Positions 47,132 through 58,938 of a DNA stretch of 64,000 nt are shown in pieces. The DNA comes from Limnothrix sp. BL-A-16 (GTDB taxonomy: Bacteria > Cyanobacteriota > Cyanobacteriia > CACIAM-69d). A model generated the notes under the pieces. The model did not search any database. It worked only from the letters and a program-made list of their open reading frames with translations, and was not told the origin of the DNA. The translations under genes and the position numbers were made by a program. How positions within the stretch are numbered: position 1 is the first letter of the stretch; each line of letters begins with the position of its first letter. The DNA lies in contig CP166615.1 in NCBI GenBank assembly GCA_041937175.2, positions 416,001-480,000 of the forward strand, given 5' to 3'.

Positions 47132-47617
47132 ATGCAAGACGCAATTACCTCCGTCATCAACTCCTCCGACGTTCAGGGCAAGTACCTCGACTCCAGCGCT
47201 CTGGATAAGCTGAAGAACTACTTCGCGACCGGCGAACTGCGCGTGCGCGCTGCTAACGCGATCGGCGCTAATGCTGCCACGATCGTGAAGGAAGCTGTTG
47301 CTAAGTCGCTGCTGTACTCCGATGTGACCCGTCCCGGCGGCAACATGTACACCACCCGTCGCTATGCTGCTTGCATCCGCGACCTGGACTACTACCTCCG
47401 CTATGCCACCTACGCAATGCTGGCTGGCGATCCTTCGATCCTCGATGAGCGCGTGCTCAACGGTCTGAAGGAAACCTACAACTCCTTGGGCGTGCCCATC
47501 GGCACCACCGTGCAAGCGATCCAAGCCATGAAGGAAGTGACCGCCGGTTTGGTGGGCTCTGACGCTGGTAAGGAAATGGGCGTGTACTTCGACTACATCT
47601 CCTCGGGCTTGAGCTAA
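47132..47617 (+). CDS. apcB: Allophycocyanin beta subunit
   Basis: [37 protein letters not shown]. Confidence 0.98.
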   Translation: MQDAITSVINSSDVQGKYLDSSALDKLKNYFATGELRVRAANAIGANAATIVKEAVAKSLLYSDVTRPGGNMYTTRRYAACIRDLDYYLRYATYAMLAGDPSILDERVLNGLKETYNSLGVPIGTTVQAIQAMKEVTAGLVGSDAGKEMGVYFDYISSGLS

Positions 47618-47856
47618 ACAACAAATGGCTTGGCTGAATTTCGACTCACCGGGTTGATGGTTGTGGTTTCCCCTGTTGGGTTGAAATGAGTGAAGCCACG
47701 GGGTCTGGGATAGTTGCTGAACGCTCAAAGTTGCATAGGCTCCGCGATCGCGTTGTCTGGTTAGCTTTGGGGGCAGCACGGCTCAGACCTCGTTGTTTAA
47801 GGACTTGGTCTGAATTTTGGTCAGATTTGTCGTTGAAGTCACAAAGGTTTCTCGCC

Positions 47857-48060
47857 ATGCGGATGTTTAAAATTACGGCTTGCGTGCCGAGCCAAACGCG
47901 AATTCGGACGCAGCGCGAGCTGCAAAACACCTTCTTCACGAAGTTGGTTTCCTACGACAACTGGTTCAAGGAACAGCAACGCATCCAAAAAATGGGTGGC
48001 AAAATCGTGAAGGTCGAGCTGGCTACGGGCCGCCCGGGCACGAATACGGGTTTGCTGTAG
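47857..48060 (+). CDS. apcC: Allophycocyanin core small linker LC7.8
   Basis: MRMFKITACVPSQTRIRTQRELQNT. Confidence 0.97.
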   Translation: MRMFKITACVPSQTRIRTQRELQNTFFTKLVSYDNWFKEQQRIQKMGGKIVKVELATGRPGTNTGLL

Positions 48061-48352
48061 ATTGGCAAACTGTGAACCGCCTGATCGGCCCCTTCTGCCC
48101 TTTTGGGGCCAGGTGGATCGATCGAGTCGGTGACCCAACCCTCAGTCATTTTTGGAATTGGAACACCAATTCTGAATTCAGCCGATCGCGAGTGACAAGT
48201 GAGCCTGCCTACGGGTAGCTGAAACTTGTGGCTCGCGATATTGTTTTGAATAGGCATTTTGCATCAGCATTGTTTGAAGTCAGCAGCGCTTGGCCTCCGC
48301 TGGTGGGGTTGCTTTCTGGTCTGTCTTTGCCCCTTGAGGTTGACTGCGATCC

Positions 48353-49552
48353 ATGGCCCAACGTCGCCCCCTTGTTTGGAGTGATTGGCTCACACAGTTC
48401 CGAACCTCCGTGGGGTGGTCGGCAGTGGGCTGGGCCGACGAAGCCCGCTGGTTGCGTTGGCTCACCTTCTTTTGGCTGTTTGTGGGTTTTCTGATTTTGC
48501 TATCTGCCTCCTACGCCAGTGCGGAAGCCACGGAAGGAGACGGTTGGTACTATTGCAAACGGCAACTGCTGTGGATTGCGGCGGGCCTGGTGGGATTCCA
48601 AACGGCCGTTTCCTTGCCCCTGCGCTACGTGTTGGCGATCGCCCACTGGGGGTTGCTGGTCACCCTGATGCTGATGTGGGCGCTGCTGGTTCCTGGCCTT
48701 GGGCGATCGGCCAACGGAGCCGTTCGCTGGATTGAAATTGGGGTCTTGCCGATTCAACCCTCGGAACTTTTAAAGCCCTTTTTGGTGCTGCAAAGTGCCC
48801 GTATTTTGGGTCAGTGGGAACGGTTGACCGATCGCCATCGCTGGTTTTGGCTGGGAACTATCGGTGCAGTGTTGCTGGGGATCTTGTTGCAACCCAATCT
48901 CAGCACCGCAGCGGTTTGTGGGATGACCGTTTGGCTACTGGCACTGACGGCGGGCTTGCCCTATGCCTATCTGCTCAGCGCGGCGGGAGGTGGGCTGGTT
49001 TTAGGGCTAATTAGCATTAGCCTGCGCACTTACCAACAGCGGCGAATTGCATCCTTTCTCAATCCTTGGGATGACCCCCTAGGCATTGGCTATCAATTGG
49101 TGCAAAGTCTCCTGGCGATCGGATCGGGGGGCTGGTGGGGGACGGGGTTTGGCCTCTCGCAACAAAAACTAGCCAGCCTGCCCATTCAGTTCACGGACTT
49201 TATTTTTTCAGTGTTTGCGGAGGAGTTTGGCTTTGTCGGTTCCCTGCTGTTGTTGACTCTATTAGTCGTTTATGGTGTATTGGGCCTGCGAGTGGCTGCC
49301 AATGCGAGCGATCGCTCCCTGCGACTGGTGGCCGTCGGTGCTGTATTGCTGCTGGTGGGCCAGGCCCTGGTGAACATTGGCGTGGCAACCGGTGTGCTGC
49401 CAACGACGGGACTGCCTTTTCCCCTCATGAGCTATGGCGGTAGCTCGATTATTGCCAGTCTGTTTCTAGCGGGGTTGCTGATTCGGGTGGCCCGCGAAAG
49501 CAGCGCGGCCACGGTTGTTCCCCTCGATCGCCGTCGGCCCCGTCGGCCTTAA
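48353..49552 (+). CDS. ftsW: SEDS family peptidoglycan polymerase FtsW
   Basis: GAVRWI, IQPSELLK, QPNLST, TDFIFSVFAEEFG and PLMSYGGSS motifs. Confidence 0.9.
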   Translation: MAQRRPLVWSDWLTQFRTSVGWSAVGWADEARWLRWLTFFWLFVGFLILLSASYASAEATEGDGWYYCKRQLLWIAAGLVGFQTAVSLPLRYVLAIAHWGLLVTLMLMWALLVPGLGRSANGAVRWIEIGVLPIQPSELLKPFLVLQSARILGQWERLTDRHRWFWLGTIGAVLLGILLQPNLSTAAVCGMTVWLLALTAGLPYAYLLSAAGGGLVLGLISISLRTYQQRRIASFLNPWDDPLGIGYQLVQSLLAIGSGGWWGTGFGLSQQKLASLPIQFTDFIFSVFAEEFGFVGSLLLLTLLVVYGVLGLRVAANASDRSLRLVAVGAVLLLVGQALVNIGVATGVLPTTGLPFPLMSYGGSSIIASLFLAGLLIRVARESSAATVVPLDRRRPRRP

Positions 49553-50123
49553 AGACGCACCGCAATTTTGACTATCCCCGTAAAAGAAGACGGGTGATCG
49601 TATCAAAAAATACTCGTGTTCTACCGATAGTTAACAGCCATGACCATGTTGCATGATTGTTGAATGGCGTACAGACTGAAGCCACCAAAAGTTCAGAGCT
49701 GCTCTGACTTTAGGCGATCGTTGACTTGATAGTCACTGACCTCACGAAAGAGTGAGCTGAACTCAAAAATTCATGAAAAATTTAACGATTTTGGGTAACC
49801 GCAAAGCACCTTGAGTGGAAACTGTTCACTAGTTTTGAGTCAGACAATTTTCACTGAATGGGCATAGTTGCGACTCAATAGCTAGCTAAAAGCAGCTTGA
49901 ATGCCGTTTAAAGCAACTAAACGCTAATAGGCTCAAATCTCAAATCTCAAATCATCAATCGCCCCAATCATCGCAATTAGTCAAACATCAATAGAAATAG
50001 CACAGCACTCATCAGCCATAAGCCAAATAACCTGAATGAAATGAACCGTCTTGAATAACAGTTTCTAGATACTTTTTTGACGTTTGATCACTGATTTCAT
50101 CCTTTCTCTCTGGATTGCTGTCG

Positions 50124-53100
50124 ATGTTATCTTCTTCTAGGCATCCCGCCAAAGCTGATATCTTAATTGTGGATGATTTGCCAGACAATCTCCGTCTGCT
50201 GTCTTCCATGCTGGAGACCCATGGCTATCGTGTTAGAAAAGCAATTAGTGGTCGATTGGCATTAAGCGCTGCTCGATTGGCTGCACCAAATTTAATCCTT
50301 CTGGATGCTTGTATGCCAGATTTGGACGGATATGAAGTTTGTCGTTATTTAAAAGATGATCCTCAAACTCGTCATATTCCTGTTATTTTTATTAGCGCTT
50401 TAGATCGCCCAACCGATAAGGTTCATGCCTTTGAAGCCGGTGGAGTTGACTATATTACTAAACCTTTTCAGGTTCAAGAGATTCTGTCGCGAATTGAGAG
50501 CCAACTGCGGCTATATGCCCTTCAGGAAGAGTTGCGATCGGCGAATCGTCGCCTGACTGAGCAGAATGAACTGCTACACAAACAAATTGTTCAGCGCCAG
50601 AAAGTTGAAATTGAAATTCGGCTGTTGCTGGCGGCTTCCCAGGCGATCGGGCGAGCCTCGGATTTTGATGCATCCCTTGAAGCCATTTTGCGGCTGACTT
50701 GCCAAACCATTAAGTGGGATTGTGCAGAAGCCTGGGTGCCCAATGCCCACGGGACGGCGCTGGAGTGCAGCCCCAGTTGGTATGCCAGCGACCCATCTTT
50801 TCAAGCCTTTCGCCAAGCCAGTTTGCAGCTTCAGTATCGATCGGGAGAAGGAATGCCCGGCCGGGTTTGGGCCCAGCGCCAGGCGGAATGGCTGGAGGAT
50901 TTAAGCCAACCGGGAATTTTTGCCCGTTCAGAGCTGGCCGCTAGTGTGGGTTTGCGATCGGCCTTTGCGGTTCCTATTTTGGACGGCTCCCAGGTTCTGG
51001 CGGTCTTGATGTTCCTGCGACGACAGGCCTCGACCCTCGATAACAAAATCTTGCATCTGTTGGAGGCAGTGGGAACCCAGGCCGGAGCCTTGATGCAACG
51101 GAAACAGGCAGAACAGGCCCTGCGGGACTTGGCCCGACGCGAAACCGCGATCGCCCGAATCATCACCCGAATGCGGCAATCCCTGGATCTGGATGAAATT
51201 TTTCTGGATACAACCGATGAGCTACGGCGGGCCCTCCTGTGCCATCGAGTGGTGATTTATCGGTTTAATCCAGACTGGAGCGGTCAATTTTTGGTGGAGT
51301 CTGTGGCCGATGGTGTGCAGCCCTTGGTTAGTCCGAGCGGAGTCACCAAGGATGTGGATCACCTCAATCCGGCCCTGTGCCACAAAACTTGGCAACTGAC
51401 CCAAGGCGGCCCCTTCAACTTGGGAGCTAGCTATGTCAGTGCCAGCGATGTGGATCAGGCAGATTTAGCCGATACCTGTTTGGAATTGCTCGATCGATTG
51501 GCGGCCAAAGCCTTTGTTTGCGTGCCCATTCATTGTGGCCGGGAACTGTGGGGAGTCCTGGGAGCCTATCAAAATGAACGCCCCCGCACCTGGAGCGAAT
51601 CAGACATCAAAATTCTGGTGCAAATTGGGGCACAACTGGGCATTGCTGTTCAACAAACCCAATTGGTGCAACGTCTTCAACACCAGTCCACGGAACTGCA
51701 ACTGGCAAAGGAATTAGCCGATTCTGCCAACCGAGCCAAAAGCCAATTTCTGGCCAACATGAGTCACGAAATTCGGACTCCTTTGAATGCGGCTTTAGGC
51801 ACAACCGATCTGCTGCTGCAAACACCCCTGAACTTAGAACAGCAAGACTTAGCCCGAATCTTAAAAACCAGCGGTGAGCACCTATTGTCGTTGATTAATG
51901 ACATTTTGGATTGGGCCAAAATCGAAGCTCGGGAAGTTCAGCTAGAGTCCATTCCCTTTGACCTAAATCAATGTATTGAAACCGTCGATCACCTCCTGCG
52001 GCCCCAAGCCCAAGCGAAAGGATTAACGCTTTTGACGCTGTTGGATAGTAATGTGCCTTGGACGGTGGTGGGTGACCCCACGCGACTGCATCAAATTTGC
52101 ATCAATTTAGTGGGTAATGCCATTAAATTTACGGATCAAGGACAGGTGGTTTTTCAAATGTCTTTGGAATCCCAATCGAACAAGATGGTGGTGATTCACT
52201 GTGAGGTGCGAGACTCGGGGGTGGGGGTGTTGCCGGAGCATCGCCACAAGCTGTTTCAGTCGTTTTCGCAGGTGGACGCTTCCACAACCCGTCGCTATGG
52301 GGGCACTGGGTTGGGGCTGGCCATTTGTCGGCAGTTGGTGGAACTGATGGGGGGCGAAATTGGCTATGAGGCCAATATGGGCGGGGGCAGTACGTTTTGG
52401 TTTTCAGTGCCCTTGCAGCGCCAGGCGTTGACGGATGAGGCGGAGCAATGGTCATTTTTGCGCCAGGAACGGTTGCTGTTGGTGGATACGGATCCCCGCC
52501 AGCAATTGTTGATTGGTTCCCAGGTGCGGGCTTGGGGTGGGCGCTTGGATCGCGTGCCGGCGGATCAGGTGTTTGGGGCGATCGAAACGGCCAGCCACAG
52601 CGAAAATCCCTACACGATCGCCCTGGTCAATTTGGCAGATTTGGATTTGACCTGGGAACCGCTCCAGTGCCAAATTCAGCAACAACCGGCCCTGGCCGCT
52701 TTGCACTGGATTCTGTTGCTGAAGCCCGAAGCGCGATCGCTGGGCCATCAACTGGTGAGCCAGGGGGTAATTAAGCATTATCTGACGATGCCGATTTTGG
52801 TTTCGCAACTGCTGGATGCGTTAACAGCGGCGGTGCGCCACGAGTCACCGACCTTACCGGCGGTGCTGGAACCGCTAACGGCGGCTGAGGGCAATGGACA
52901 ATCGGCGGCGCGATCGCTCCATCCCCTGGTGCGGCCGGTGCATTGCAAGATTTTGGTGGTGGAAGACACCCCCCTGAATCAACAAATTGTCTTGCGGCAG
53001 CTCAAGAGTTTGGGTTGGGAGAATGTGACCTGTGCTGACAATGGCCAACAGGCGCTCGATCGACTGTTGCGCGAGCCGTTTGATTTGGTGTTGATGGATT

Positions 53101-53771
53101 GCTTGATGCCGGTGATGGATGGCTATCAGGCCGTGCAGCGGTTACGGGCGGAAGTGGGCCCTAATCGGGATGTGACGGTGATTGCCATGACGGCTAATGC
53201 CCTAGCTGGGGCCCGGGAGGAATGTTTGGCGGTGGGCATGAATGACTACATCAGCAAACCGATTAGCTTGGCGGGCCTGGCGGCCGTGCTCGATCGCTGG
53301 GTGATTCCCATGAGTCGCAATTCGCAAGCGGAAGAAGACTTGCTCCCAACGGCATCGAATTCCATGCCGATGCTAGTTGCTGGGAATTCGGCTACTGAGT
53401 CACCACCACCGATCGATCGGGAACGGTTGATGGAGATTTCCATGGGTGATCTGGAGATCGCCCGTGAAATTCTCAGTATTTTTGTGGAAGGCATTCCGGA
53501 ATATTTGGAAGCGCTGGATCGGGCGATCGCAAGCCAAAACATCAAGGAAGTCTATCGACGGGCCCACCAAATTAAAGGTGCGGCGGCCAATGCTGGCGTT
53601 TTGGAAATGCCGGATTTGGCTTGTCAACTGGAAACCAATGCCCTGGCCGATCGGCTCGATCGGGCTGAAATTTTGTCAGCTCAACTACGGGATGTGATGA
53701 ATCGCGTTTGTGCCTACACTCAGCAGCTTGATCAAATCGATCAAATTCAGGTCACCCCATCCCGACGTTGA
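50124..53771 (+). CDS. Hybrid sensor histidine kinase (REC-GAF-GAF-HisKA-HATPase-pseudoREC-REC-Hpt)
   Basis: [65 protein letters not shown]. Confidence 0.93.
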   Translation: MLSSSRHPAKADILIVDDLPDNLRLLSSMLETHGYRVRKAISGRLALSAARLAAPNLILLDACMPDLDGYEVCRYLKDDPQTRHIPVIFISALDRPTDKVHAFEAGGVDYITKPFQVQEILSRIESQLRLYALQEELRSANRRLTEQNELLHKQIVQRQKVEIEIRLLLAASQAIGRASDFDASLEAILRLTCQTIKWDCAEAWVPNAHGTALECSPSWYASDPSFQAFRQASLQLQYRSGEGMPGRVWAQRQAEWLEDLSQPGIFARSELAASVGLRSAFAVPILDGSQVLAVLMFLRRQASTLDNKILHLLEAVGTQAGALMQRKQAEQALRDLARRETAIARIITRMRQSLDLDEIFLDTTDELRRALLCHRVVIYRFNPDWSGQFLVESVADGVQPLVSPSGVTKDVDHLNPALCHKTWQLTQGGPFNLGASYVSASDVDQADLADTCLELLDRLAAKAFVCVPIHCGRELWGVLGAYQNERPRTWSESDIKILVQIGAQLGIAVQQTQLVQRLQHQSTELQLAKELADSANRAKSQFLANMSHEIRTPLNAALGTTDLLLQTPLNLEQQDLARILKTSGEHLLSLINDILDWAKIEAREVQLESIPFDLNQCIETVDHLLRPQAQAKGLTLLTLLDSNVPWTVVGDPTRLHQICINLVGNAIKFTDQGQVVFQMSLESQSNKMVVIHCEVRDSGVGVLPEHRHKLFQSFSQVDASTTRRYGGTGLGLAICRQLVELMGGEIGYEANMGGGSTFWFSVPLQRQALTDEAEQWSFLRQERLLLVDTDPRQQLLIGSQVRAWGGRLDRVPADQVFGAIETASHSENPYTIALVNLADLDLTWEPLQCQIQQQPALAALHWILLLKPEARSLGHQLVSQGVIKHYLTMPILVSQLLDALTAAVRHESPTLPAVLEPLTAAEGNGQSAARSLHPLVRPVHCKILVVEDTPLNQQIVLRQLKSLGWENVTCADNGQQALDRLLREPFDLVLMDCLMPVMDGYQAVQRLRAEVGPNRDVTVIAMTANALAGAREECLAVGMNDYISKPISLAGLAAVLDRWVIPMSRNSQAEEDLLPTASNSMPMLVAGNSATESPPPIDRERLMEISMGDLEIAREILSIFVEGIPEYLEALDRAIASQNIKEVYRRAHQIKGAAANAGVLEMPDLACQLETNALADRLDRAEILSAQLRDVMNRVCAYTQQLDQIDQIQVTPSRR

Positions 53772-53848
53772 ACCCCGATGTTAAGCCTCGACGTTGGCAA
53801 CTGAAAACGAACAAAGCGTTAACTCAGCCCCCGATGGCGAGTGCCGAA

Positions 53849-54580
53849 CTAGTACCGAATGTGCAAAGTGACCGTGGCTTGGATCGTCTGTTCACCGGCC
53901 ACCACGGGGGTGCTGGCGGCGGAGTCGGCCACGCCTCGCAGCATGGGGCTGGGGATCGACATCATCGCCCCCTCTACCTGAATGCCCATCACTTCCTGCC
54001 GAGTTAGCCCCAAGGTCGCCAAAACCGCATCGGCCTGGGCCTGGGCATCACGGGTTGCTGCGGCCAAGGCCCGATTGCGTGCCGCGTTGTTGGTGGCATC
54101 GTCGATCGTGAATTGCACCCCATCTACTCGGGTCGCTCCCGCTTTCACGGCCGCATCCATGAGCGCTCCGGATTCGGTGGCGGCAATTTCAAAGCTGACC
54201 GTGTTGGTGGCCACAAAGCCCACGGGTTTGCTGTTGTTGTCGTAGTAGGGGCTGAGATAAACGCCCGTGGTTTGCAGCTTTTGGACATTGCGACCCCGCA
54301 GCAGCGCCACCACCGCGCTCGATCGCTTGGCCATTTCCGCTTGGGCCGCTTCGGCGGTGGCGGCCCGGGCTTCCACCCCCAGGCTCACACGGGCAGTGCT
54401 GGCGCTGACCAGTTCACTGCCTCGGCCCGTGACGGACAGGATCCGATTGAGCCGTTCTTGGGCCTGGGCGGGCAGAGCAGCGGCGATCGCCACAATCATG
54501 CCCAGCCCGATCGCCCCCAAGCGCAAACCAACGGCTGTTTTAAGGCGGGGAGATCTGTGGGAATTCAGCAAGCGCATCAT
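53849..54580 (-). CDS. SIMPL (DUF541) domain periplasmic protein
   Basis: Signal peptide; LSVTGRG, SLGVE, DAAVKAGA and TIQATVTLHIRY motifs. Confidence 0.88.
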   Translation of the reverse strand: MMRLLNSHRSPRLKTAVGLRLGAIGLGMIVAIAAALPAQAQERLNRILSVTGRGSELVSASTARVSLGVEARAATAEAAQAEMAKRSSAVVALLRGRNVQKLQTTGVYLSPYYDNNSKPVGFVATNTVSFEIAATESGALMDAAVKAGATRVDGVQFTIDDATNNAARNRALAAATRDAQAQADAVLATLGLTRQEVMGIQVEGAMMSIPSPMLRGVADSAASTPVVAGEQTIQATVTLHIRY

Positions 54581-54598
54581 GGCAAGGATTAGCCATCC

Positions 54599-55096
54599 CT
54601 AGGGATGGGGTTCAATGGGTTCGTTGCCGCCAACCCCGATCGCCGTGTCCTGAATCGTCGCGCCTGTGAGGGTTAAGTCCAGCATCGACGCGCCGGTCAC
54701 GTCCACATCGTTGAGGGTGGCGGCTGTGAGATTTACCCGATCGAGCCTCGCTTGGGTCAGGATGGCATTGGTTAAGAATGTGCCGGTTAAATTAGCGTCC
54801 GTTAGGTCAGCCCCGGTTAGATCGGCCCCTTCCAAGTTGGCGTTGGTTAAATTAGCCCCCCGCAAATTGGCATGGCGCAAGTCAGCCCCAATCAGGTGTG
54901 CTCCTTGCAGGTTTTGCCCCGCCAAGTTGGCCGCCGCCAAATTACAACCGCCACAGAGGCCCGTTTCCAAAAGTTCTTTCAGGTCAGTGAGAGCCGTGGT
55001 GGCAGCGGGTTCCGCCGCCGCCCGCGAACCTACCGCACCGAGGAGCGCCGCTGCCAAGACTACACCACTAAGCCAACGCAGATGCTGATGGGTCAT
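54599..55096 (-). CDS. Pentapeptide repeat protein (exported or lumenal)
   Basis: Signal peptide, CGGCNL, A[DN]LxG repeats; GGAGGA RBS. Confidence 0.9.
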   Translation of the reverse strand: MTHQHLRWLSGVVLAAALLGAVGSRAAAEPAATTALTDLKELLETGLCGGCNLAAANLAGQNLQGAHLIGADLRHANLRGANLTNANLEGADLTGADLTDANLTGTFLTNAILTQARLDRVNLTAATLNDVDVTGASMLDLTLTGATIQDTAIGVGGNEPIEPHP

Positions 55097-55265
55097 CACT
55101 CCTCCTGCTTGCCCCGTGGAATGGGTTCTGGCAATGGTGGCCGGGGGCAAGAACCTTTGCTCTGAGCCTAGCGCGATCGCCCTGATCCCTCCGTGATCGG
55201 AGACGAATCTTAGGATTTAGCCATGGATAGCAATCTGCGAATGTTGTGAACTTAAAGACGATCGT

Positions 55266-56684
55266 TTAGGTTTCCGTGGCAGCGGGCGTTGGGGATGAGG
55301 CGATCGGGACAGTGGCTTGCAATTGCGCGATCGCCTCCAGCATTTCCCGCTCAAAGGTCACCTGGGCCCGATTGGTGCGGCCACCCACATAGAGCGATCG
55401 CCCCTCTTGCAACAGCCAAATTTGTGAGTGGGAAAAATAGCTCATCACCACGCCCACCATCAACAATCCAAAGCCCAAGTAGACGATCGGGATGCTGGGA
55501 TCCGCCTTGATTTGTAGCCCCGTGCTGCCAATCAGATCATCCACAGCCAAGGTGAGGGTGCGATCGCCCAGGGTAATTGGGGTCGATCGGCCCACCCGCG
55601 TGGTGGCGATCGGGCGGCCCGTTGCGTCATAGATCAGCACCGCCCCTTGTAAATCTCGCGCCAGCAGCGAAACCCCCTCGCTCAAGTCCGGTTTGGTGGG
55701 AACCCAAGTGCCCCAAATCCGGCCCGCCCCCGGCAAATTCAGCTTGCCCATGGGTAACTGAATTGATGGACTGTTGTTGATTCGTACCTTCACCGCCGCG
55801 ATGCCCCAGTCGGTTTGGTACATAGTCACCCCTCGGTAGCGCAGGGGCTGATTCACAAAAATAGTTTGTCGATCGCGCTCTTGACCCGCTTGATCCAACA
55901 CCGACAAATCAGAATAAAACTGGTCGATGTTGCCGTCTGGTAAATATTCAATCCAAAAGCGATTGACCTTCACAGACCAATCTCGGGGCACATTACCCGC
56001 CGCCAAAGGGCCACCGTCAATAATATTGGTGACCTGAAACGTTTGACCGCTGGGAATCATTTCTTGGGCAATGAAACCGGTGAGCGCACCAATGATGCCC
56101 CCCAACAACACAATCAGCATTCCCGCATGGACAATGATCGGCCCAATGCGGCCCACAATGCCCTTGCGTGCATACAGGCTGCTGCCTTCCGCAAAAACCC
56201 GATAGCCTTTGGCTTGTAATAGGGGAGCCGCTGGGGCGATCGCGCTGGTTTCTTCCCCTAAGTTCAACCGGGCGCTGAGGGCCAATTTCTCAAACTGTCT
56301 TGGGGCCCGGTAATAACTCCAATGCCGGGCAGCTTTCAGGGCCGGCCATTGGCGCAGGGCAGTACAGGCGGCCAAGCTCGTGCCAAACAGCACCAACAGC
56401 CCCAAATACCACCAGGTGCGATAGACGGTGTTTAACCCCAAGGCCAGCAACACTTTCCAACTCAGGAAGCCAAACAGGGCCGGATCTTCCGGATAGTTTG
56501 CTTGATAGAACTCCAAGCCCTGGCCCTGCTCAATGACCGTACCGGTGATGCTGGCCACCGCAATTACCAATAACAGGACGATCGCCAACCGCAAGTCAGC
56601 AATGATGCGCAACCCTTCGCGCCACCAGCTCCGCCCGATCGCCCCGCTCAGGGGAGTTTGCTGCAATCCGTCATTCGCATCCAT
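55266..56684 (-). CDS. ccsB: Cytochrome c biogenesis protein Ccs1/CcsB (ResB family)
   Basis: [40 protein letters not shown] and GLQIKADP motifs. Confidence 0.92.
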   Translation of the reverse strand: MDANDGLQQTPLSGAIGRSWWREGLRIIADLRLAIVLLLVIAVASITGTVIEQGQGLEFYQANYPEDPALFGFLSWKVLLALGLNTVYRTWWYLGLLVLFGTSLAACTALRQWPALKAARHWSYYRAPRQFEKLALSARLNLGEETSAIAPAAPLLQAKGYRVFAEGSSLYARKGIVGRIGPIIVHAGMLIVLLGGIIGALTGFIAQEMIPSGQTFQVTNIIDGGPLAAGNVPRDWSVKVNRFWIEYLPDGNIDQFYSDLSVLDQAGQERDRQTIFVNQPLRYRGVTMYQTDWGIAAVKVRINNSPSIQLPMGKLNLPGAGRIWGTWVPTKPDLSEGVSLLARDLQGAVLIYDATGRPIATTRVGRSTPITLGDRTLTLAVDDLIGSTGLQIKADPSIPIVYLGFGLLMVGVVMSYFSHSQIWLLQEGRSLYVGGRTNRAQVTFEREMLEAIAQLQATVPIASSPTPAATET

Positions 56685-56833
56685 GATTTTTGCCCTGCCC
56701 CCAGTACTTTAGTCTTTCCTTAATCCGCCCTAGTGTGTTGACCCTGGCTATTGGCCCTGTTTTTTTAGCCCTAGTTTCCTAGCGTCTCATGGGGCTGGCA
56801 ATCCGTTGACTAGCAGTACGTTGGCCATTCACC

Positions 56834-57595
56834 CTAGCCGATCGGCAACCGACTGAGCAGCGAAAATACGCCGAATCCCACCAATAACGCGCCACTGGTG
56901 GGCACAATCCAGCCCGATCGGCTGCGCAGCGCCAAAACACTCTTCAAAGAGGCGGCAAACGTGCCCACCAACACCAACGGCGACACATAGCCGATCGCAT
57001 AGGCCAACAGCAGACCCCCACCCGCGATCGGGTCGCGGGTGGCCGACACCCATGCTAACAGTGCTGCCAAAACGGGCGTGCTGCAAGGGGAAGCCGCCAG
57101 CCCAAACGTTAGCCCCACCAAATAGGATCGCAGTGATCGGGGAACCCCCGTCGGCACGGGAATCCATTGCCCCAGGGATGGGAACTGAAAGGGCAACACC
57201 TCCAGCAGATTTAACCCCATCACGATCGCCACCCCGCTCACCAGCAACGGCAAGCCCCAGCCCACCTGGCCGTAAACCCGACCAAACCAGGCCGCCGCCA
57301 CCCCCATCACTGCCAGGGTGGTGGCCAAACCCAGGGCAAACCAAAGGGATTGCACCGCCGCTGCCCAGCGCGATCGCCCATTGGCGGGTTCCGACTCACC
57401 GGAGGTGTCATAGCCTCCGAGATAGCCCACCGCGATCGGCAACATCGACAACATACAGGGGGTCAGGCTGGTGAGCAGGCCCGCCCCAAACGTCACCAAC
57501 GCACTCCCCAAACTGGGATGAGCCAACTGTGCTTCCACCAACGCCGTGGCCCACTGTGCCAGGTGATATAAACCCGTTTGTACTGATTCCCACAC
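56834..57595 (-). CDS. ccdA: Cytochrome c biogenesis protein CcdA
   Basis: GLLTSLTPCMLSMLP and LAASPCSTPVL motifs; probable GTG start at 57595. Confidence 0.92.
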   Translation of the reverse strand: MWESVQTGLYHLAQWATALVEAQLAHPSLGSALVTFGAGLLTSLTPCMLSMLPIAVGYLGGYDTSGESEPANGRSRWAAAVQSLWFALGLATTLAVMGVAAAWFGRVYGQVGWGLPLLVSGVAIVMGLNLLEVLPFQFPSLGQWIPVPTGVPRSLRSYLVGLTFGLAASPCSTPVLAALLAWVSATRDPIAGGGLLLAYAIGYVSPLVLVGTFAASLKSVLALRSRSGWIVPTSGALLVGFGVFSLLSRLPIG

Positions 57596-57745
57596 CTGCG
57601 ATCGCCCTACTTGTTCAGGAACTGGCTGATTTGCCCTGGCCCAATGGCATGGCCCCATGGCCCACAGGATTAATTTTAGGGGGTGGATGGAAATTGCCGA
57701 TCGCCCCAGTTGCCCGCTGCACGGATTAATCAACGGTGCTGCTCA

Positions 57746-58189
57746 CTAGTCCAGTAACCAATCTATCAATCCCACTGGCTCCCAAATCAACACCACCCAG
57801 CTCAGCAGATACAGCCCGATCGGCAAAAACCGGTAGCCCACCGCCCCTCGGGACTCTGTTTTGGCCCAATAGCGCCAATGGGCAAAAATCGCCACCGCCG
57901 TCAGCACAAACCAAGGAATCAGGCTCAGAGCTGTAAACCCCAGGGCCAAGCCTGCCGCCTGCAACCAAGCTTGATAAGCCGCGTCGTTGTGACCGAACAA
58001 ATAAGGGTCATTGACCCAAGGCTGTGGCACTTTTCCTAAAATTCGGGTGGCTTGGAGGCAAGCCCCCGCTCCGGTGATCAGTAAGCTGATCGGGGCGATC
58101 GCCAAAATCCAATGAGCCACCGTCAGCCCCCGCCGCGCGATCGGGTGCATCATCACGGGCCGCAAATTCAGCCGAGGAAAGGATCGCAT
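57746..58189 (-). CDS. Hypothetical membrane protein (about 3 TM segments)
   Basis: Hydrophobic segments, PWVNDP motif, C-terminal DWLLD. Confidence 0.6.
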   Translation of the reverse strand: MRSFPRLNLRPVMMHPIARRGLTVAHWILAIAPISLLITGAGACLQATRILGKVPQPWVNDPYLFGHNDAAYQAWLQAAGLALGFTALSLIPWFVLTAVAIFAHWRYWAKTESRGAVGYRFLPIGLYLLSWVVLIWEPVGLIDWLLD

Positions 58190-58293
58190 CCACTAAGACC
58201 CAAAAAACAAGTAATCAACTAATCAACAGCAACTGATAGCAATTAATCCAAAAACCAAATAGCACCCAATAACAAAAATCAGCGATCAATTAA

Positions 58294-58335
58294 TAACAAT
58301 CAACCAAAAACAATCAACCAAAAACAATCAACCAA
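58294..58335. repeat. Tandem AACAATCAACCAA(A) x3 in an A-rich spacer
   Basis: Directly visible. Confidence 0.7.
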
Positions 58336-58367
58336 CAAAATAGGCTGGCCGGGTAACCCGACCAGCC
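58333..58367 (-). terminator. Rho-independent terminator of the ycf46/ycf35 operon
   Basis: Minus strand GGCTGGTCGGG-TTA-CCCGGCCAGCC followed by TATTTTGTT. Confidence 0.7.
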
Positions 58368-58400
58368 AGCAAGCTTAGGAACGCGCAGACAAAGCGGTTG

Positions 58401-58751
58401 CTACTGAACCACCAATTTCACATTGGCATTTTGCAGCCCAGGACGCTTCACCTCCGCCAGCGTCTTATTCACCGCATATTTTTGGTTGATCGAATTGATC
58501 AACTCCGTTTGGTTGTGCTTCTTTGCCACACCCCACAGATCCGCAATCAGATCGTAGGAGCCGTCAGCATTGCGCGACCAGCCCAGGTCATATTCCCCTT
58601 CCAGGATCGCCACCAGGTCAGCGCGAACCCGTTGGCCGTTATAGCCACGCACATCGGCGCTGGTTTTGGTTTGAATGCCCAGGTCGCACAGGGATTGGCG
58701 CAGGATTTCCACATCAGTAATCTTGGTGCGCAGGGTGCTGAAGTGAGACAT
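58401..58751 (-). CDS. DUF1257 (Ycf35-like) protein
   Basis: MSHFSTLRTKITD..YDLIADLW..INQKYA; AGGAGG RBS. Confidence 0.88.
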   Translation of the reverse strand: MSHFSTLRTKITDVEILRQSLCDLGIQTKTSADVRGYNGQRVRADLVAILEGEYDLGWSRNADGSYDLIADLWGVAKKHNQTELINSINQKYAVNKTLAEVKRPGLQNANVKLVVQ

Positions 58752-58938
58752 GAGGGTTTCCTCCTGTGGATGGAAATTGCGTGAACGACAACAACTAGGG
58801 GTTCAATGGCAAGCACGAAGTTGGGAGGCTTCGATGCTTGGTTTCAATGCGCTAGCCAACCGGGATTCCAAATGCTGAACGGGTTGGAACTGGGGGGCTA
58901 GCCCTCCTCCCGTTGGGAGACGGGAGAAAGCTTGGATT

